A DNA stretch of 29,953 nt from a virus (IMGVR_UViG_3300025084_000138:1-29953); one strand, 5' to 3'. Counted from the first letter of the stretch, positions 19,826 to 27,291 are shown. The notes: generated from the letters alone by a model not told the origin. Numbers and translations: made by a program.

Positions 19826-20065
19826 TTATAATGGATTTACTACAGGTGTATTCATAACTTCTTCTAGTTCTTTTCCAGATATAACTTTATCTTCATCCAA
19901 TAGAGTTCTTTCGATTTCATCTTTAAGATTATACACGTCATTTCGTGCACCATCTATATAAGACTTGCCTTCTGAAACACCTTCCCATTCTGGCAAAGAA
20001 TAGTAAGCGTCATCTAAATGACCTTCTATTTCTACTAACGTGTTTAATATTTCTTTTAATGTCAT
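19826..20065 (-). CDS. Hypothetical acidic early protein
   Basis: AAGGA SD directly after an early promoter. Confidence 0.75.
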   Translation of the reverse strand: MTLKEILNTLVEIEGHLDDAYYSLPEWEGVSEGKSYIDGARNDVYNLKDEIERTLLDEDKVISGKELEEVMNTPVVNPL

Positions 20066-20091
20066 TGTTTTTTTCCTTTTCTTAACACCTA

Positions 20092-20130
20092 ATAATACGA
20101 CAAAATAATGATAAAGTCAAGCATTATTTT
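20092..20130 (-). promoter_or_regulatory. Sigma70-type early promoter (copy 3)
   Basis: AAAATAATGC-TTGACT-17 nt-TATTAT, then leader TAGGTGTTAAGAAAAGGAAAAAAACAATG. Confidence 0.85.
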
Positions 20131-20380
20131 TAAGTTTTTTAAAATAATTTAAAACTTTATTTCGAGTGTATTTAATACTATGACTTAAAGGAATACGTCG
20201 GGTTCCCCTTTTCCACCAATGTAATCTACCATCACCACCATCAAATGCTTCCCACCTACATTTAGACCAGATACATTTCCATTGATATCTATCAGTATAT
20301 CTTTCAAATGGTTTCATAGTCCAACCACAATGACATTCTGGACTATGTTTATAATATTTTTTTAATAACAACTTAAACAT
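20117..20380 (-). CDS. Small Zn-ribbon-like protein
   Basis: PECHCG...M...WKCIWSKC. Confidence 0.6.
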   Translation of the reverse strand: MFKLLLKKYYKHSPECHCGWTMKPFERYTDRYQWKCIWSKCRWEAFDGGDGRLHWWKRGTRRIPLSHSIKYTRNKVLNYFKKLKNNA

Positions 20381-20799
20381 TATTTTTTAAGTCTTTTCTT
20401 AAATCTCTTATGCATTTTATTTAATGCCTGTTTTTGTTTGATACTTAAAGTACCACGATTTTTAACTTGTTTCTCTACACTATTTAAGAAATCTTCAGCA
20501 CCATATTCATAACTTCTTTCGTAATTACATTCATACAATAGTTTTTGAACCATCCTTACTTTCTGAACCGCTGTTTCTTTTTTTGTTTTATAATTAGGAT
20601 CATTTTTTTTAAAGAAATATTTAGCATAATTACTAATGGCATTGTTTATGGCAGTTTCTTGTTTCTCTGATAAACTATATCCCCCTGAAAGCTTATTATG
20701 CATATCAGCTACAAAACTCTTATAGCCATTATCATTAACCCAATAGGATTCATCTTTTAAGATGTGGTCTAATTGTTGTTTTCTTTTAACGTAATTCAT
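20380..20799 (-). CDS. Hypothetical protein with an internal duplication
   Basis: SFVADMHNKLSGGYSLSEKQ and DFLNSVEKQVKNRGTLSIKQ repeats. Confidence 0.75.
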   Translation of the reverse strand: MNYVKRKQQLDHILKDESYWVNDNGYKSFVADMHNKLSGGYSLSEKQETAINNAISNYAKYFFKKNDPNYKTKKETAVQKVRMVQKLLYECNYERSYEYGAEDFLNSVEKQVKNRGTLSIKQKQALNKMHKRFKKRLKK

Positions 20800-21161
20800 T
20801 ATAAGTAATTAGGACCTGTCCATGAATACCAATCAGAACCATCATAAAATATAGAACCTCTGACGTGTTTAGCTGGTGCTCTCCAAGTAGCAGCCTTGAA
20901 TACATCACCGGTAAAGTAAGGTATTCCTTTATGTACACCAGCTTTTTTAGCAACAAAACCCCAAACTGATGAGCCGTGTATTATCTTATCAAATTTCCTA
21001 CCAGTAGTAATTCTTAACTCATTCTTAAACCTATGAGAACTTTCTGTTTTAATCTTTAAAGTCAATTCATCCATATCACGAGGTGGTTCTATACCACTCC
21101 AAGAATCATAGTCATTACCAATCTCAATAAGTAGATTGTCTAATGCTTCTTTATATTCCAT
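20799..21161 (-). CDS. Conserved phage early hypothetical protein
   Basis: GRKFDKI...SVWGFV...GDVFKAATWRAPAKHVRGSI motif, recalled from T4-like marine phages; AAGGA SD. Confidence 0.75.
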   Translation of the reverse strand: MEYKEALDNLLIEIGNDYDSWSGIEPPRDMDELTLKIKTESSHRFKNELRITTGRKFDKIIHGSSVWGFVAKKAGVHKGIPYFTGDVFKAATWRAPAKHVRGSIFYDGSDWYSWTGPNYL

Positions 21162-21192
21162 TTGTTTATTTATTTCCTTTTCTTAACACCCA

Positions 21193-21231
21193 AAGATACA
21201 AAGAATAAATGATAAAGTCAAGCATTATTTT
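21193..21231 (-). promoter_or_regulatory. Sigma70-type early promoter (copy 4)
   Basis: AAAATAATGC-TTGACT-17 nt-TATCTT. Confidence 0.85.
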
Positions 21232-21331
21232 CATTTATTTTTCATTTCCAAAGAGTTCCTGTATAAAAGTTAACATTATTTTACCATTTCTTTAGTTAGT
21301 TTTTTCATTATATCTCCGAGTGTGAGTTAAT

Positions 21332-21772
21332 TTACAATAATCCCTGTTGTTTCATTTTATCTCTTATTTTATCTACATAATGTTTAGAATTTTTTAATGT
21401 TGTTGTAGTGCCTGTTTCCTTCTCGTATTCTACTCTGTAATGTTTGATAGCACCAATAATTTGATTTTGTTTTATCATACTCTCTAACTCTTGATCCAAT
21501 TTACTTCGCCAGTTCCAGTCAACATCACCGTTCCGTACCTTTATTCTAAACTTCCATATCTTATTAGCATCAACCATTATTTCTTTTATTTCATGTGGCA
21601 TCATCTCATCATATCTTTGCTCGACATCCACAAGTAGATTATGAGCCTCTATATTACTTGGTTGAAATAAATGGTTATCATCAGGTTGGTCTGGTTCTGT
21701 AGCTTTACATAACTTAACTAACCTATTTAATTTTTCGTACATCCATTCTTTTTTATTACTTGACGTTTTCAT
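21332..21772 (-). CDS. Hypothetical protein with a C-terminal ribosomal L7/L12-CTD-like motif
   Basis: IGAIKHYR...TG....LKNSKHYVD. Confidence 0.6.
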   Translation of the reverse strand: MKTSSNKKEWMYEKLNRLVKLCKATEPDQPDDNHLFQPSNIEAHNLLVDVEQRYDEMMPHEIKEIMVDANKIWKFRIKVRNGDVDWNWRSKLDQELESMIKQNQIIGAIKHYRVEYEKETGTTTTLKNSKHYVDKIRDKMKQQGLL

Positions 21773-21774
21773 AA

Positions 21775-21996
21775 TTAGCCACCTGACTCATCGTGTTTTT
21801 CAATCCAAATGTTTCCGTGACCATCAGACCCCCATTTTTTATGTAATTTTTTCTGTCCGTCGCTATCACTAAGATTAAATTGCTCTATCCAAAGAGACAA
21901 TGCACTTGGTGTTAATTTTTGAAATAATTCACCTCGATTTCTCCAAGTTAAATTTTGTATTTCACCATAGATGTATTTAGCTAATTTCTCACTCAT
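21775..21996 (-). CDS. Hypothetical protein (paralog of the upstream gene)
   Basis: KLAKYI...WIEQF.L...NIW motifs shared with 21998..22213. Confidence 0.7.
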   Translation of the reverse strand: MSEKLAKYIYGEIQNLTWRNRGELFQKLTPSALSLWIEQFNLSDSDGQKKLHKKWGSDGHGNIWIEKHDESGG

Positions 21997-21997
21997 C

Positions 21998-22213
21998 TTA
22001 TTCCTTATAATCTGAAACCCATATATTACATTGATATCTGTCTGACCACTCGGAGTGGCCTACACACTTTCTTAACTTAAATTGTTCTATCCAAAACTCT
22101 AATGTAGATTCTAGTGGCTTCTCTACAAATAACATATCCTTACCCAATCCTTTAACAGTACATCCACCCATCTCTTTGACTATATACTTTGCTAACTTTT
22201 TATTATCTATCAT
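21998..22213 (-). CDS. Hypothetical protein, 71 aa (start corrected)
   Basis: The ORF-track N-terminus overlaps a tRNA; MIDNKKLAKYI aligns with the paralog's start. Confidence 0.7.
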   Translation of the reverse strand: MIDNKKLAKYIVKEMGGCTVKGLGKDMLFVEKPLESTLEFWIEQFKLRKCVGHSEWSDRYQCNIWVSDYKE

Positions 22214-22222
22214 AATACCGAG

Positions 22223-22298
22223 TGGAGCTCCGGGGATTCGAACCCCGCTGATATCCTCCGTGCAAAGGAGGTGAACACCCCAAGCATTCCCGAGCCCC
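22223..22298 (-). tRNA. tRNA-Ala (TGC)
   Basis: Acceptor GGGGCTC/GAGCTCC with G3:U70, anticodon arm CCTCC-TTTGCAC-GGAGG, T arm CGGGG-TTCGAAT-CCCCG, A73; CCA not encoded. Confidence 0.88.
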
Positions 22299-22303
22299 AT
22301 ATT

Positions 22304-22768
22304 TTATAAATATATTCTATTTCCAGTATTTACCATTTGTTCATACCACAATCCTTCTCTGTCGTGCCACACATAGGGTGATTCTGGATTTTCTGTCCAT
22401 CCGAATTGCCCATACCACTCTAAATCTTTACGAAGTAGATTAGCACGATGTGATGAATGAAAATCTTCTCTACCTAACCAATGAGGAATGTCAATCATAT
22501 CCATATTGGGCTTGACATCATAAAACTTCATATTGTTATTATACCCACGACTAATCCATTCAGTAATTATTGTATTAGTATAGAGTTTAAGACATTCCAC
22601 ATAAGGTGTCCACATAATAGTAATAGGATGATTTCTCCAACCCTTAGCATCTGGATTTTGTATAGCATTTATTATCTGCATACCCTCGACTCGTTGTTTA
22701 CCAAGTCTACGCCAATCCAATACTTTAGCGGATTGACTAAATGATTCGTATGGTAGAAATGTCTGCAT
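22304..22768 (-). CDS. Pyrimidine-dimer DNA glycosylase/endonuclease V-like protein (MSMEG_6728 family)
   Basis: MQTFLPY..F..SA..LD..RLGKQRVE...GWRNHP...MW...P.WLG...HSSHRANLLRKD. Confidence 0.8.
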   Translation of the reverse strand: MQTFLPYESFSQSAKVLDWRRLGKQRVEGMQIINAIQNPDAKGWRNHPITIMWTPYVECLKLYTNTIITEWISRGYNNNMKFYDVKPNMDMIDIPHWLGREDFHSSHRANLLRKDLEWYGQFGWTENPESPYVWHDREGLWYEQMVNTGNRIYL

Positions 22769-22774
22769 AATGTT

Positions 22775-22858
22775 TTAAAGTTGTATCCATAAAATTAAGA
22801 GTAGTAAGAATATTACAAACCCCATAACCTTACAAGCAATTGATTCAAACTCATTCAT
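22775..22858 (-). CDS. 27-aa single-TM peptide (not in the ORF track)
   Basis: MNEFESIACKVMGFVIFLLLLILWIQL*; TAATG-coupled; fills the gap. Confidence 0.5.
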   Translation of the reverse strand: MNEFESIACKVMGFVIFLLLLILWIQL

Positions 22859-23382
22859 TAAAAATCTCCTGGTGCTACTTGGAAAGTATTTAAACCTAAG
22901 TCTCTCCACATCTTCACAACCTTGTCTCTATCATCAACTACAAGAAAGACATCATCAATATTTACGAAAGTATCTAACATCTCTTTTTTAAGAATTTCAT
23001 CAGGCATAAACCTCATTTCTTTAGTAGCTGGATTACCATCGGCGATGGGCCAGGAATCATCCTTGAACTTATCAGGTCTCATAACTAACAGATGAAATGG
23101 AACTCTATTGCGAGATAACCAAGACTTAGTAGTGAAGAACGACCTATCATTCCTACCTGAAAAGATAACGATTTTAAATCCATCTTCGGCAAGTAATTGA
23201 GCCATTTTAATTACTGGTTTATTAGGTGTATCTAAACTAATATTATCGGGGTCGAAGAATACATCCCAATCCATTTTATCATTGGTTAAGGATTTTGCTC
23301 TCCGAGCATCTATATTAGCTAGAGTACCATCAAGGTCAAATATAACTGTGTTCTTTTTCATAGCGTGTCCTGATTGTTTCAT
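22858..23382 (-). CDS. HAD-family phosphatase (T4 PseT/polynucleotide kinase 3'-phosphatase domain-like)
   Basis: FDLDGT, FSGR, LVMRP, D...K and VDDR..V..MWR..GL..FQVA.GDF; no kinase domain. Confidence 0.88.
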   Translation of the reverse strand: MKQSGHAMKKNTVIFDLDGTLANIDARRAKSLTNDKMDWDVFFDPDNISLDTPNKPVIKMAQLLAEDGFKIVIFSGRNDRSFFTTKSWLSRNRVPFHLLVMRPDKFKDDSWPIADGNPATKEMRFMPDEILKKEMLDTFVNIDDVFLVVDDRDKVVKMWRDLGLNTFQVAPGDF

Positions 23383-23573
23383 TTTAATTTCTTCCCAAAT
23401 TGATTACCATTTGCTTCACGAACTTTAGCCAATGAAACAAAGACTAAATAATTCCATTCGGCTTGAGTGAGTTTAGGTGGAACAAGTTCTCTACGAGGAC
23501 CCATGCGAACTTCAGGTAATGATAACTTACGGTTTAGTTCTTTTATTTGTTTAGTGTTTAATGTTTTTTTCAT
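23379..23573 (-). CDS. Hypothetical basic protein, probably leaderless
   Basis: ATG lies 5 nt after the -10 box; ATGA overlap with the next gene. Confidence 0.65.
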   Translation of the reverse strand: MKKTLNTKQIKELNRKLSLPEVRMGPRRELVPPKLTQAEWNYLVFVSLAKVREANGNQFGKKLK

Positions 23574-23578
23574 ATGTG

Positions 23579-23618
23579 AATATACAACACTTTACCTATA
23601 TGTGTCAAGTATTATTTT
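23579..23618 (-). promoter_or_regulatory. Sigma70-type early promoter (copy 5)
   Basis: AAAATAATAC-TTGACA-18 nt-TATATT. Confidence 0.8.
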
Positions 23619-23681
23619 TACTTTTATTATTATTTATTATAGACAGGCATGTTGTCTGTTGTAACTTAACGGAGAATAACC

Positions 23682-23906
23682 ATGAAGGAAGTAATAACAA
23701 TGATAAAAGGCTGGGTTGATGATGTAAGTCATTTAATGCTGTCTTTTGTAGCCATTGGTGCTGTATCTGAAGTTATCTTTGGAGCTGGTATCTTCGGCGT
23801 TAATGTTATTGGTAACCTGACATCAATCATAAACACATTCGGTGAGTCCGGATTTGCTGGGCTTGTCGCTCTGTTGGTGTTGGTGGGTTTATTTAAAGGT
23901 AAGTAG
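23682..23906 (+). CDS. Small Gly-rich membrane protein; the only convincing plus-strand gene
   Basis: GGAG SD, two hydrophobic helices, upstream TATTTAT, downstream hairpin. Confidence 0.85.
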   Translation: MKEVITMIKGWVDDVSHLMLSFVAIGAVSEVIFGAGIFGVNVIGNLTSIINTFGESGFAGLVALLVLVGLFKGK

Positions 23907-23916
23907 GTAGTAAAAA

Positions 23917-23950
23917 CGGGGATGGTGATATCCTACTTTCCACCATCCCC
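23917..23950. terminator. GC-rich hairpin between convergent genes
   Basis: GGGGATGGTG-13 nt-CACCATCCCC. Confidence 0.6.
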
Positions 23951-24141
23951 ACGGTTATTATGATGTATAATGATTGTATTCCCCAAAAAACATAATATTT
24001 AGGGAATACATTATATTAAGTATTTTTGTAGAAGGCGTAAAGTAAAAGTATAACAAATGCAAATATTCACCAGTCACTCATTTATTAATACTGAAGAATA
24101 ACGTGAGTATTAGATTTCGTACAACAGTGCTAAGTGCTAAT

Positions 24142-24489
24142 TTATTCATCATGTTGTTCATTTTGATATTTAGATAAATCTAATGTCGGTAATGGTTTTT
24201 CTATCTTTAAGTCCTTTAACTTACTATTGGCCACGACTAACTTAGAGCCTCCGACTATCTTACCATTCACTATATGATATATAAAGAATACTGTTTTCCA
24301 TATACCAACACGAATTATACGACCTGGTGAACCATCAATTTCAACGACATCATCTTCGTTATAATCATTGCCGAGAAATAACATTATACCATCTACTGAT
24401 TCTCGTATGGTATTATTAAACAATAGTAAAGCCACACCTGTAATGAGTAGCCAAGAGTATTCATTTATAAGGGATTTAAGTTCTTCCAT
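24142..24489 (-). CDS. MscS-like (mechanosensitive channel TM + beta-domain) mini-protein
   Basis: TM segment then DGIMLFLGNDYNEDDVVEIDGSPGRIIRVGIWKT, matching the MscS middle-domain pattern. Confidence 0.65.
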   Translation of the reverse strand: MEELKSLINEYSWLLITGVALLLFNNTIRESVDGIMLFLGNDYNEDDVVEIDGSPGRIIRVGIWKTVFFIYHIVNGKIVGGSKLVVANSKLKDLKIEKPLPTLDLSKYQNEQHDE

Positions 24490-24561
24490 AATGTTCTTTC
24501 CATTAATAAATATTAAAATGAGTTAATATAGATGAGAGAATAGGATGAATCAGAAGAAAAA

Positions 24562-24756
24562 TTATAAATATTTTTTTATCACATCAATGTATAGTTGTGT
24601 ACATTTACCAGGTATATCATGTATGATGGCTATATAGATAATCAATAGAAAGACCAATGGTTTAATAAAAGGATTAGGTTGAATGGATACTTCCAGTCCA
24701 ATAAGTGCACTTATTATTAGTTGTAAAGAAAGCTTTATTCTATCATATAGTTTCAT
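24562..24756 (-). CDS. Small hydrophobic hypothetical protein
   Basis: 64 aa with two hydrophobic stretches. Confidence 0.5.
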   Translation of the reverse strand: MKLYDRIKLSLQLIISALIGLEVSIQPNPFIKPLVFLLIIYIAIIHDIPGKCTQLYIDVIKKYL

Positions 24757-24775
24757 ATGAATAAGATTTAATTAT

Positions 24776-25222
24776 TTAAGGATTATTTAAATACTCGGTA
24801 TCATAGTATTGATTGGGTTCATTACCATTATCCCAACTACCGCTGATTGGAATATGAATTTGAATTATTTTATTATGTTTAGTACAGTATACGTTTAATG
24901 ATATACATTCTTTCGTATATAAGAATTCATGAGTAATGTATCCCCTGTCCATATTTAACGTATGGGTATTTAGGTTTCCATTTGAATTTAATAATTCAGC
25001 AAACCAATGATTTTTTTTCACTATTGAGTATTGTTCCATTGGAATCGAATAGCTATTCGAATCCGTATCGGTGGTTTGAGAGAGTAATGGATTGTGCATA
25101 AATGAAAATAATGCAATGATTAAATAAATTGACATAGGAGTGATGAGATTAACTGGATTGACTACGTGAATCAAATGGCGAATCCAGTGAATCAAATGAG
25201 ATATATTTAATGAATCATACAT
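24776..25222 (-). CDS. Hypothetical protein, possibly secreted; true start may be the internal MSIYLII
   Basis: The first ~20 codons are made of GATTCAC DNA repeats; a signal-like segment follows. Confidence 0.55.
   Translation of the reverse strand: MYDSLNISHLIHWIRHLIHVVNPVNLITPMSIYLIIALFSFMHNPLLSQTTDTDSNSYSIPMEQYSIVKKNHWFAELLNSNGNLNTHTLNMDRGYITHEFLYTKECISLNVYCTKHNKIIQIHIPISGSWDNGNEPNQYYDTEYLNNP
25166..25198 (-). repeat. GATTCAC repeat cluster A
   Basis: Minus strand reads CATTTGATTCAC-TGGATTCGC-CATTTGATTCAC. Confidence 0.75.
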
Positions 25223-25254
25223 ATAAATAAGTAGATAGAAATCATAAAACGGCT

Positions 25255-25695
25255 TTAGACTATTAAGTCTAACATCTCCAGTGCTTCCTCCCTGGTTAGT
25301 CCCGGATGACGTTTCATTGATGCGGAAACTATTCGTTCCTCTACCTGACTGCGTTGCTGACTGCGTTGCTTATGATATTCTTTCTGATACTCGTATAACC
25401 TTTCTTTACCACCATTTTCATAATAGTATCTTTTCTGAGAAGCTAATATCTTATCTCTGTTCTTAGACCAATACTTTTTATTTGTCTTTCTTATCCTTTC
25501 CTTATTTTTTTTCTTATATTCTAATCTAGAATTGCGGTATTGTTCATCATTAGTCCATAGTTCTTTTCTAACTGTACTTAAACAGGACTTACAATCCTTA
25601 TTTTTAGATTTATAAAATAACGATACATTAGTCTCGCCACAATGTCTACATAGTTTTTTAGTTTTAATCATTTGGTTTTCCAAGTTTATAGGCAT
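25255..25695 (-). CDS. Basic Zn-finger/helical-repeat protein like the N-terminus of HNH/EndoVII homing nucleases, with no catalytic domain
   Basis: CRHC...FYK...CKSC followed by Y...N.E/K repeats. Confidence 0.65.
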   Translation of the reverse strand: MPINLENQMIKTKKLCRHCGETNVSLFYKSKNKDCKSCLSTVRKELWTNDEQYRNSRLEYKKKNKERIRKTNKKYWSKNRDKILASQKRYYYENGGKERLYEYQKEYHKQRSQQRSQVEERIVSASMKRHPGLTREEALEMLDLIV

Positions 25696-25872
25696 TAATA
25701 AATAGTATTATTTTTTTTTTAACCAGAGAAATATTATTCTGTCAAATATGTCGTCAGACATAGCAATAAAAAAGCCATGGGTGAAAAATTGGTCGGGAAA
25801 TGCGCGCCAGTCTAGCGACCTTCAAGTAATACTTTAAGTCTTGGACTACCAAATGAAGATCGGTGTTGCACG

Positions 25873-25912
25873 AAAATAGGAGCCAGAAAAGGAAGAAACC
25901 AGCCCCTATTTT
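25873..25912 (-). other. Hairpin with a pyrimidine (anti-SD-like) loop
   Basis: AAAAUAGGGGCUGG-UUUCUUCCUUUU-CUGGCUCCUAUUUU. Confidence 0.6.
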
Positions 25913-25914
25913 AA

Positions 25915-25959
25915 ATCGATTCACCATTTGATTCACCTTATGTGAATCCAGTGAATCCA
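25915..25959. repeat. 45-bp direct repeat, copy 1 (four GATTCAC heptamers)
   Basis: ATCGATTCACCATTTGATTCACCTTATGTGAATCCAGTGAATCCA, identical to 29781-29825. Confidence 0.95.
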
Positions 25960-25964
25960 GGTGA

Positions 25965-26027
25965 GTCGCCCATCTCGGAGGCCTTTTAACCCATGTCAGA
26001 CATGAGAACCTCGGAGATGGGGCGATG
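25965..26027 (-). terminator. Long GC-rich stem-loop directly after the AAA+ gene stop
   Basis: UCGCCCCAUCUC-CGAGG...CCUC-CGAGAUGGGCGA with an inner CUCAUGUC-U-GACAUGGG palindrome; no U-tract. Confidence 0.5.
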
Positions 26028-26030
26028 TTT

Positions 26031-27218
26031 TTAGCTTTCAGAATCCATGTCGTGTTCTGTAAACAGCTCATCACTGGACTCATCTGAGACGAACTTCTGA
26101 ACGATTTGTTTAACGAAGGTACGTTCACTATCGACTCCGCCAGTATTGTCGTACTGAGGGTAGATTGTGATGTCTGCTGACTCCAGTAGTGAGAAGCCAT
26201 CAAACAGTAGTCCAGCAATCTCTACTGATGTTCTCGTGGAGACACCAGATGAAATTCTAGCATTCTCAGCCACGGCTTCAACACGAGTTAAATTAGTTAT
26301 ATTACTTATATTGTTTAACTCAGTTTCATCAACAGTAGGGAACATATATTTGAGTAATCCAAGCTCTTCTTCTTGATTCAATAAGTCCATTTCAATGATG
26401 GTGAATCTATCCATTAAGGCTTTATCAAGTTGACGAGTTGCCGTGTATTCATTACCTATATTAGCCGTAGCCACGAATGTAACACCATTAGCCACGTTGA
26501 TGGTAGTTTGTCCATCAGCTTCATCCAATCTCAAATATCTCTGACCTTGGTCGAGAACAGGCATTAAGATGTTCCATGCGTCTGGATGAGCTCTTGTTAA
26601 TTCATCAAGAAGAATGACAGCATTTGGTGTTTGAATGGCTTTAACGAATAATGATTCACTAAAGTAAGTACCGTCTTTTTTATTATAATGTACATTTCCT
26701 ATTAAGGTCGACCGTGGATCCTGGGTGGCTCCAAGGTTAAAGTAGTACTCTGGTCTATCCAAGGCTTTAACCAATGCTTTGGCAGCCATTGTTTTACCAC
26801 AACCGGCTTGACCAGTCATCATAATGTTCTTACCCCTTACGGCAGACCTTATCAAGTACTTCCACTTCAATTCTTTCATAATCAACCCTTTAGGTTTCAA
26901 ACCATAAGAGTTATTAATGAACTCCACTACTTCAGCATGTCCATCAGGTACTTCGACTTCAGCTGGTGGAGTAGGTATATTCTTTGAATGATACTCTTTT
27001 GACTCAAACTCAGCCATTGGCACTTTCCACCAATAAGTCCTTCCATTCTTCTCACGCATTTCCAAAGCCTTATTGGCTTTATATGTTGACTTTCGAGTAG
27101 AAGTAATAATGGCGTGAGTCCATTTATTACCATCGACATCGAAAGCGTTAAATCTATTCCCAGACATCTCTATCTTAACGATAGTTCCGACAGGGGGTTT
27201 AGTGGGTTTTGACTTCAT
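26031..27218 (-). CDS. AAA+ ATPase, MoxR/CbbQ-NirQ/CobS-like
   Basis: Walker A GQAGCGKT, Walker B ILLDELTRA, ATAN.G.EY, LDKALMDRF, STR sensor. Confidence 0.9.
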   Translation of the reverse strand: MKSKPTKPPVGTIVKIEMSGNRFNAFDVDGNKWTHAIITSTRKSTYKANKALEMREKNGRTYWWKVPMAEFESKEYHSKNIPTPPAEVEVPDGHAEVVEFINNSYGLKPKGLIMKELKWKYLIRSAVRGKNIMMTGQAGCGKTMAAKALVKALDRPEYYFNLGATQDPRSTLIGNVHYNKKDGTYFSESLFVKAIQTPNAVILLDELTRAHPDAWNILMPVLDQGQRYLRLDEADGQTTINVANGVTFVATANIGNEYTATRQLDKALMDRFTIIEMDLLNQEEELGLLKYMFPTVDETELNNISNITNLTRVEAVAENARISSGVSTRTSVEIAGLLFDGFSLLESADITIYPQYDNTGGVDSERTFVKQIVQKFVSDESSDELFTEHDMDSES

Positions 27219-27244
27219 TGTTTATTTCCTTTTTTTGACACCTA

Positions 27245-27283
27245 AAGATACACATAATAATTGAATAAGTCAAGCATTATTTT
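27245..27283 (-). promoter_or_regulatory. Sigma70-type early promoter (copy 6)
   Basis: AAAATAATGC-TTGACT-17 nt-TATCTT. Confidence 0.85.
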
Positions 27284-27291
27284 CATTTATT

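Noticed and set aside
2788-19961. Numerous short plus-strand ORFs in the track (e.g. 2788, 5369, 7883, 11093, 12433, 17374)
   Set aside because: They are antisense shadows of long, well-supported minus-strand genes, with no recognisable motifs.
21235-21308. Two tiny coupled ORFs (MKKLTKEMVK, MLTFIQELFGNEK)
   Set aside because: A GGAG SD is present, but they are too short to support; possibly a gene remnant.
22214-22300. N-terminal extension of ORF 21998..22300
   Set aside because: It coincides with tRNA-Ala; paralog alignment supports a start at 22213.
25754-26218. 154-aa minus-strand ORF, plus 26927..27139 and 26167..26376
   Set aside because: Out-of-frame or antisense overlaps with the AAA+ gene, running through hairpins and repeats.
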